Source: Octopus vulgaris
Lineage: Eukaryota
NCBI GenBank assembly: GCA_951406725.2
Contig: OX597827.1
Span: 21,018,001 to 21,082,000, forward strand
DNA: 64,000 nt
Reading direction: 5' to 3'
Under the pieces are notes generated by a model. The model had not been told where the DNA came from. It saw only the letters and a list, made by a program, of their open reading frames with translations, and ran no database searches. Shown here in pieces: positions 55,523-64,000 of the stretch. A program made the position numbers and the translations under genes. Numbering within the stretch: the first letter of the stretch is position 1; each line of letters starts with the position of its first letter.

Positions 55523-57165
55523 CAGTATTTCAACCACCGTGGACGAAAATGTCTATGAACTTCTCACTTCGGTGGCTATAGGCTCTTTCACTGTCTCCTT
55601 CTTCATTGCCATTCTTCTATGTTCTTAACACACGCGCATGCCTTATACACACATACATTTCGCTCTCATGACGGTCTTTCTATTATTCTGTATACATGAC
55701 TCACGCACAGACACCACATGTTACTACATCAATAAATGTCCTCTTAACCATTCTACTCGATTGTGTCTCCTTTTTCTCTCTGGCACTTACACGTACGATT
55801 AAATTTATATTTATTATATCGACCGTGTGATAAAGAGCCATTCTCGTCACCTCGCATCGCACGGACATTACAAATACTACCAGTTGAGCACTGGAGTCGA
55901 TATAACCAACAACCCCCACCCTTCCCCATAAAATTTCTGGTCTTTTAGGGACTATTAGTCCAAGTAAACGTCTTAAACGAGACGCATGTAGGATAATATG
56001 TGAACATATGGCTTATAAATCACGGCACAAAATATAACTTTATGGTTTTATTAACAGAATCTATTGTTTTAGTAAAACTTAGGAACGAGTAATTTGTAAG
56101 ACCATATTCAGTGAAAGGAAGCTGAGGGTTGAGTGCAAGCAGTCGAGGACCTCCAGTCTAAATTATTTATTAAATAACTGACTTTGTATCAAGGCAGTTA
56201 TTTAAACAAGAAACTTTATGAACTCCAGGAATTTACGATTTAGCAGAACGAAAATGTCAACTAGAAGTGCATAAGTTTACTTGCATCATCGTTTGTTATT
56301 ATCTACTACTACTACTACTACTACTACTACAGATATATATATATATATATATGATTTTTATTTATACAGATATATATTTTTTTAACATCCGAGTTGTAAT
56401 TGACTTCCGGTACAATTTTGTCAGCTAAAGTTTTACGTTAAAAAAGCACTTTTGCATGTTCCATACCAGGAAGTTTGAGTTGATCAAAGCTGGTAAGAGA
56501 GATGCGTTTGTTCCCGTCCACCGGAAATGCCCGGCTAGTTACATAACAAAATCAAACAACTGTTTTGTTTTTACTTTGTCTAAATTACTGAAGCAGTAAT
56601 ATAATATTTCTCACACGGGGAGCCTGCTTCTCTTTTTCTTTCTACTACGCCATTAGTTGCTATAATAATAAATAATAAAATAATATATAGTATATAAAAA
56701 AAAAACGTGAAGGCGCATGGCCTAGCGATTAGGGTGTTGTCGGTTCGACTCACGAACGAGTGGCGTGTTATCTTATTTTTTTCTGGGAGGGAGTGGTTTT
56801 TTTTTTTGTTTGTTTGTTTTTAGCAAAACACTTTATTTCATGTAGCTGCAGTGCTGTAAATCGATAATCCTGCGACAGACGAGCTTTGCGGTCAGAGGGA
56901 ATGTTGGCTCCGCTCGCCTTGCCCCACGGGGTGACATCCTTTCTAAGCTAAAAACGGTGCGAAGCGCATTGTGGCCAGCGATGTGTAACAATATTCGATA
57001 GTCTGCTTGATCACGTGGTCACGCGATATACTAAATTGTTAACCGCTGAGAATGTCAGAAAGTAAAAAGCGAAGCAAATAAAAAGAAAAAAAAAGATTTC
57101 ATTTTCTGTAGAATTAGAAATGCGAGTATTTCTTGGCTTTTAAACGTTTCCCCACTCTCATTCGG

Positions 57166-57209
<44 letters not shown>

Positions 57210-57436
57210 CAATATTGTTTGTTTCTGTACCGTCCCTCATTACACCGTATGCTATAGACTACATTCCTAACCTTACAGTTAACTTGTGGGTTCGTCCTAC
57301 ATACAATACGGTTGTTACCCGTACATGGAAGCCTTTTAAATGAATATGTTCTACAGATCATGGATTTTATGGGAGGTTCCTGTCCTTTCAACTACTTTAA
57401 TCCGTTGATTAAAGTATGTTGTTGTCTTGTTTCATC

Positions 57437-57444
<8 letters not shown>

Positions 57445-57470
<26 letters not shown>

Positions 57471-58150
57471 TTTGCGGATAAACAAATTAGACGCATAAAA
57501 TATATAAAATACGTCAAATACAGAATATGTCTACTTGCAAAACGATGAAAAGCAAAAGATGGAAACTTTCAGATGATGAATATTTAAGTATAAATATATA
57601 TATATATTAATAGATCCAATTTACACAGAGTACAAACGACAGAGAAAATGAAAGGGGTGGAAGAAAGGTGTTATGAGTCCAACAGCCGTTTCTGGGGGCT
57701 CGGTGATCCATAATAATGTTGGTGGATTTAGTCCATTACAATACGCGGCTGTATGGATGCAATTAACATTGGATCAGACGAGCCTCATCAGGGTAAAGAA
57801 GATCTTATATTTCAGATCTTAATGCAGAGGAATTCAAAGATGGAATATTGCGATGCACTAAATCCACCAACATAATTATGGATCGCCGAACCTCCTGAAA
57901 CAGGTTGGGTCTATGACACTTTTCTTCTACCCTTTTAATTTTCTCTGTCGTTTGTACTCTGTAAGTTGAACCTAATAATATAAATATCTGTATATTTATA
58001 CTTAGAAATTAATCGTCTGAAAGTTGCCCTCTTTTGCTTTCTCTCGTTTTGCATGTATACAGATATACATATTTTGCATTTGACGTATTTAACATATTTA
58101 ATATATTTGATGTGTCTAATTTGTCTATCCACATAATTCTCTCTCTCTCT
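57445..58150. mobile_element. Fold-back element between (AG)n and (CT)n with a decayed long hammerhead-like motif (57677-57795, -)
   Basis: Diverged inverted arms. CC-CTGATGA-GGCTCG...CGAGCC-CCCA-GAAA-CGGCTG-TT-GG. Confidence 0.6.
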
Positions 58151-58208
58151 CACTTGAGTCGAACCAGGGCAGCTGATGAGGGAATTTTCCTCCTTGATTG
58201 TTTGTCCT

Positions 58209-58263
<55 letters not shown>

Positions 58264-58455
58264 CACGCATTGAGTCGAACCAGGGGCAGCTGATGAAGGG
58301 GAATTTTCCTCCTTGTATTGTTTGTCCTGTACTATGTTTTTTTTCGTTGTTAAAAAAAACAATATGTCCGTTTCCTTTTTGTTTGATTTTATGTTTTCGT
58401 TTCTCGTTGTGTTCTACGTTTATTTGTGGTGTCCTGTACTCTGCTGTGATTTTTG

Positions 58456-58516
<61 letters not shown>

Positions 58517-59094
58517 GATGTAAGTATGTACATATATGTATGTATATATGCATATATTTTATTTATTTATTATATTGTTATTATATAAAGTATACAATTT
58601 TATGTAGAGATTGTTAACTTTAACAATGGTCAGAAACAGGGGCAAGAATCAAAGTGCTCCAATTGAGCTAAGTTCCAATTTATGATTCCAATGGAGACAA
58701 TACCAGCGGAAAACTAGAGGAACATGACTTATTATCAAATAGAACATTCAATATATATGGGCACTTTCATTGGACATTAATAAATCAATATAAAGTTCCA
58801 GATAATACAGTATTAAAACATACAAGTATATGAACATATAAATATTTAATATTTAAAAATACGCAAATATTTAAAAATATTTTTTTTTAATATTTAAAAA
58901 GTACGTTGGCATTATGAATATATAAATACATAAATAGATATACAAATAGATATAAAACGTCGATATAAGATCAAACTCGTAGGTATTTAAAAATATTCAA
59001 AAATGCTCATATATATAAATACACAGGCAAAATATAAAACATCAACATAATATAAGACTTATTGAATTAATAATTCACACGATAATTATTAATT

Positions 59095-59717
59095 GGATCT
59101 TTTCCTTTTGAACGGCAGTTTGTAACATAATTTCTAGGTAACTAAAAAATTTTAAACTTCGTATACTGGTAGAATGTGTTTATAAAATATCATTTTCTCT
59201 TGGCTTTATTGAGAAAAATTCTATAGGTTGTAACATATTTCGTCTAAAATTTCTTGCATTTCGGCAATTTTAACCAATCAATTACCTCCATTGACGTAAA
59301 TAACATTCTTTGCATAATGAATATGTCCCTCGTTTAAGAAACAGATTGGGTTTATTTACATTTGTGAAGAAAAAGATACCCTTCCCCCAACCCTAACCCT
59401 AACCCTAACTAACCCTAACTCTAACCCTAAATCTAAAATAGATTGAAATGCAAATGTAAATAAACCCAATCTGTTTCTTAAACGAAGGACATATTCATGC
59501 GGCACAGAATGTTGTTTACCTAAATGGACGCCAGTGATTGGTTAAAATTGCCGAAATGCAAGAAATTAAAGACGAAACATGTTACAACCTATAGAATTTT
59601 CTCAATAAAGCCAAGAGAAAATGATGTTTTATAAACACATTCTACCAGTATACGAAGTTTAATAATTTTGGTTACCTAGAAATTATGTTAAAACTGCCGT
59701 TCAAACCGAAAAGATCC
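59095..59717. mobile_element. Palindromic Merlin-like MITE with central (CCCTAA)n
   Basis: GGATC termini, TSD TATTAATT, ~270-bp inverted arms. Confidence 0.85.
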
Positions 59718-59838
59718 TATTAATTCACACGATAAGATAGAAGGTAATAAAGATTCACAATTTACTACACAGAGTCCGGTGGAAAATTTGAAATTACACA
59801 ACATTAACATGACATACTAATACAGGAAGATAATGTTC

Positions 59839-59925
59839 CATCGACGGGCCGTTTCGGCGACGTGTCCGATAATATGATAGAAATTTCACATCCTTAATGA
59901 GACGGACACTGCCCTCATCAGGATG
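59839..59925 (-). ncRNA. Type I hammerhead ribozyme with extended stem II
   Basis: CATC-CTGATGA-GGGCAGTGTCCG...CGGACACGTCGCC-GAAA-CGGCCCG-TC-GATG, GUC site. Confidence 0.85.
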
Positions 59926-59941
59926 CTTCACAACAAGACAC

Positions 59942-60380
59942 GGATCTTTTCGGTTTGAACGGCAGTTTTTTCTAGCGGTGTCATATGAAATTGTCAACCA
60001 TAATTATGACCCTAGTATATATCTATTGCATTTCAATCTGTTTTAGGGTTAGCGTTAGTTAGGGTTAGGGTTAGGGTTAGGGGTGGAGGGAAGGGTATCT
60101 TTTTTTCTTCATAAATGTAAATAAACCCAATCTGTTTCTTAAACGAGGGATATATTCATACGGCACAGAATGTTTTTTACCTCAATACACGTCACTGATT
60201 GGTTGAAATTGCAGAAATTGAAGAAAAAAACAACAAATATCTTACAAACGATAGAATTTTCTCAATAAAGCCAAGAGAAAAAGATGTTTTATAAACACAC
60301 TCTACCAGTATACGAAGTTTAAAATTTTTTTAGTTACCTAGAAATTATGTTAAAAACTGCCTTTCAAACCGAAAAGATCC
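59942..60380. mobile_element. Merlin-like MITE with (TTAGGG)n
   Basis: Same TIR and body as 27537-27966. Confidence 0.85.
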
Positions 60381-61309
60381 TGCTTCACAACAAGACACAA
60401 TGATAGCAACATATAAAAGGACAACTTACTTCGTTACATTCTCGCCAAATTCAGTTCACATTGACATTCACTCCTGAATTCTTTCAATGGATTCCTAAAC
60501 TATGATAGAGAGTAAGTTTACTGCCTGACAGTTATTTCTGTACTTAAACATTACAATGAATACTTAAGTCTTATTGATTCATTAATCCCCTTTATAGAAC
60601 AGCTATATTAACTCACAAGCATGACCTGGTATATTGAATTAAAGACATGTTACGCTCAGTTCAGACCATTCTATTATAGTATTTGTTATTTTATTTTTAA
60701 TTCCATTCCAATGCTTATCTGAAGTTAGCTATCCTAGTTCAAATCATACCAATTAAATCCTTACCGACATAAAATACTATCTACTAATACTTACTTCATT
60801 AATTATATTATTTTCAATTACATTTTAAATTTTAAATTACAGATTACAGATTTTAGATTTTAAAATTTAAATTATCATCATTATCATTAGTTCGAATTAG
60901 TATTATGACTTTTTATTATTATTACTCTTATTCTTATCCTTATATTTATTTTTGTTTTTAAATTTCTTTAAAAGCGTCGAGTGTATCTTATGTGTGCAAG
61001 CCGGAATTGCATCAGTAAATCTATTTAGCATAGCATGATTGTAATTCATCAAAATTAAGTATGCCTCCCCAATGCATAATCCACATCTAGTGGATCAGAT
61101 TCCAAAGGGAGGGTCATGAGCCAGGATGGACCAAGATAATTTGAATTCTATACTCTTTTCCCTAAGGTCGTTTATAAACGATGCTAATGCGGTGGGTGTC
61201 CTATATTTTGGATTCTTAAAAGAACTAAGGTGGCTCCTAAAATCTAAAATCCCAAATCTGTAATTTTAAATAAAAAACACCAAAGAGTTTAAGAGGTCTT
61301 TTTGCTATT

Positions 61310-62235
61310 ATTCTCAAAAACTGTGAAGTAATAATGCTGTTGAATTGTGGAATAAGTTCAGAAATGATCTTGCTGAAGATTTCAAGTATCAAGTTCGGTT
61401 GAGTAAGCTGAGCAAGATATCGTTTTCACTGATGCTATATACAATGCGGCTTTGATTGAAATAGAAGATCAAATTATTTCGATGGGAGGTGAACCTATAG
61501 AAAATTGAGGTCTCCCACTAACTAACAGAGGAGATCTTAACAATCTATCCACTGAAATAATGAGGGAAATTTCCTATGATAAGGATGAACTGACCATGTA
61601 CATAAATGATAATCTTCCCAAGCTTTTGCGGGATCAACGTCGTACATATTCCACTATCATAGAAAGTATTAACAGTAACAGAGGAGGACTTTATTTCTTA
61701 GATGTTCCATGAGGTCCTGGGAAAACCTTTGTTATTAAACTCCTCCTGGGTGAAGTTCTTCAAGAAAATAAAATAGCTTTAGCTACTGCTACTTCTGAGA
61801 TTGCAACAACATTACTACCCGGAGGTCGGACTGCCCGTTCAACATTCAAGTTACCTTTAGATTTATCAAACAAAGAAGATCTAGTTTGTAATATATTTAA
61901 AAATTCTGCAATGGGTGAACTAATACAAAGATGTCACTTAATTGTCTGGGACGAATGTACAATGGCCCACAAAATAGCTTTTGAAGCTGGGGACAGAACA
62001 TTACGAGACATTAGAAATTGTAATTCCATGATGGGAAATGTCACAGTATTATTGTGAGGAGACTTCCGACAAACACTACCAGTTGTTCCAAGAGGAGCAA
62101 AAGTGGATGAGCTCAAAGCTTCAATAAAGTCTTCTGCATTATGGCATCATGTGAAAATGCTTCAACTTTCGACAAATATGAGATCGAGGCTTTCAGGAGA
62201 TCAATCTGATTATCTATTTGCAGAGCATCTTTTGA
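61310..62235 (+). pseudogene. Decayed Helitron PIF1 helicase
   Basis: FLDVP*GPGKT, LLPGGRTA, IVWDECTMAH and GDFRQTLPVVP, with multiple stops. Confidence 0.85.
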
Positions 62236-63086
62236 AAAAAAGATCACGCTTGGCCGAACTCCGGTCACGTGGAAGGAAAGGAGAGGAAAGGAAAGAGGGG
62301 TAGAAGGACTGAAGAATTAGGGGAAGAACGAGGAGAGGAAATCAAAGGGACATAGATGTGGGATGCCTTCAGCAGCTGGGGAGCTGACCGGAACTTGGGG
62401 CTGACCGGAAGGGACAGGAGTGACGTGCGCGCAGGCAGGGCAGGATTCGGCCTTTTCGATCGAGATAACTGAGGGAGTGAGACGCGTGAGCACGTTGTTA
62501 TGGTAGGGGAGAAGCAGCTGCTATTTCTAGTGTTCGGGTCGGGCTGCGTTGAAAAATCCATTGCCGCTGAAAGGTCTCCGTCGAGCGAAAAGAAGGTAGG
62601 TGTCCTTATTTCGAATCTCTCGCATACACCACAATAGAGAAAGGTACAAGGGAGATAAACGAGGAGGGAAAGTAGGGAGATTAAAGAAAGAGAAGGCCAA
62701 GAAATGTGAAAGATGGGGAGCGAGAAAACGAAAAGAGGAAAGAAAGAAGAAAGTACGAGGGGGGACTAAAAGAAAGAGTAAAAGAGTCGTACAGAATTTA
62801 GATACATACTTACTTACAAGGTCCTTGCCTTCGTAAACGTGGAGTAGATGAAAAAGGGACAACTGCAGAAGGGGAATATTCTTTATGTTGTATGTCTCGT
62901 TTGCCTGTTTGTTTGTTTTTCGTTGTTCGAAAAAAAGGTCGTTTCTATGTCTTTGATTTTGTTTTCGTTTCTCATTGTGTTTTACGTATTTTTTTATGTC
63001 CTGTACCCATATATGCATGTATATATACATATATATGTAGGTATGTACATATATGTATGTATATATGCACATATTTATATATTATG

Positions 63087-63129
<43 letters not shown>

Positions 63130-63463
63130 AGTAGGTGAATGAATTATCCTATGTTTATCGTCAGCATGGAAAATTCGTTTAACCGAAACCTGGGTAGCAA
63201 ATTCACGTCAGAAAACACGGTTGAAGCGACCTGTCAAGGGTAGAAACTCCGGGTTCATGTGTAGAAATTTGTGTGTTGTATATGAATAAATTAAAGAATG
63301 GAGTCAAACGAAGATGTTAACAAAATTCCTTTACTCTCGACACATGTTTCGAAGACAGCATATTTTCATTCCAAAGGAATGATTGCCTACATGGTAAACA
63401 AAGCGATAATGTAGGCAATCATCGAAATTTTTGTTTGACTTGTTGTCGAGAGAGGCTCCCTTT

Positions 63464-63545
63464 CTTTCCTGGTGAGAAGATTGCATAATACACCCTTTAT
63501 TCCTTTGGAATGAAAACATGCTGTCTTCGAAACATGTGTCGAGAG
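63464..63545 (+). ncRNA. Hammerhead motif (A6>G in this copy) in fold-back element 63290-63590
   Basis: CTTTC-CTGGTGA-GAAGA..GCAT...ATGC..TCTTC-GAAA-CATGTG-TC-GAGAG. An inverted 3' half lies at ~63335-63380. Confidence 0.75.
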
Positions 63546-63587
63546 TAAAGGAATTTTGTTAACATCTTCGTTCGACTCCATTCTTTC

Positions 63588-63641
<54 letters not shown>

Positions 63642-63831
63642 TAAAAAAACAGGAAAACATTAGAGAAAAACAACGCGAGGGAGTGGTACATGCAAAGTAT
63701 TAGCAGACGCTTGTATATGTGTGTGTATATATACGTATATATGTATATATATATATATATATGTATGTATATATGTGTATATATAAATATATATATATAT
63801 GTATGTATGTCTATATATGTGTATATATGTC

Positions 63832-63885
<54 letters not shown>

Positions 63886-63890
<5 letters not shown>

Positions 63891-64000
63891 AGGAGTGGCT
63901 GTGTGGTTGGTAGCTTGTTTACTAGCCACACGGTTCCAGGTTCAGTCCTACTGCGTGGCACCTTAGGCTAGTGTCTTCTACTATAGCCTCGGGCCGACCA
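63886..64000 (+). mobile_element. SINE family A 5' part (runs off the window)
   Basis: Head sequence matches 28178. Confidence 0.85.

Overview
AT-rich, microsatellite-dense animal genomic DNA. The SINE families look like octopus/cephalopod repeats, which is an inference from recall. I found no supportable host-gene exon, and nearly all predicted ORFs are microsatellite translations. The window is a nest of mobile elements: mariner remnants, two Helitron helicase remnants and non-autonomous Helitrons, R4/Dong-like LINE fragments in (AAT)n, three tRNA-type SINE families, and GG-terminal MITEs with 8-bp TSDs. Two systems stand out. (1) About 20 type I hammerhead ribozyme motifs, intact or decayed, from about 10 unrelated non-coding repeat families. 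Most are fold-back (inverted) elements sitting in (AT)n tracts, with palindromic stem III, compensatory changes between copies and unusual core variants; they resemble Penelope-like or retrozyme-like elements. (2) Two diverged copies of a gag-like ORF1-only retroelement, each inserted with a TSD at the same nucleotide of the same SINE head. Coordinates were read by eye and may be off by a few bases.
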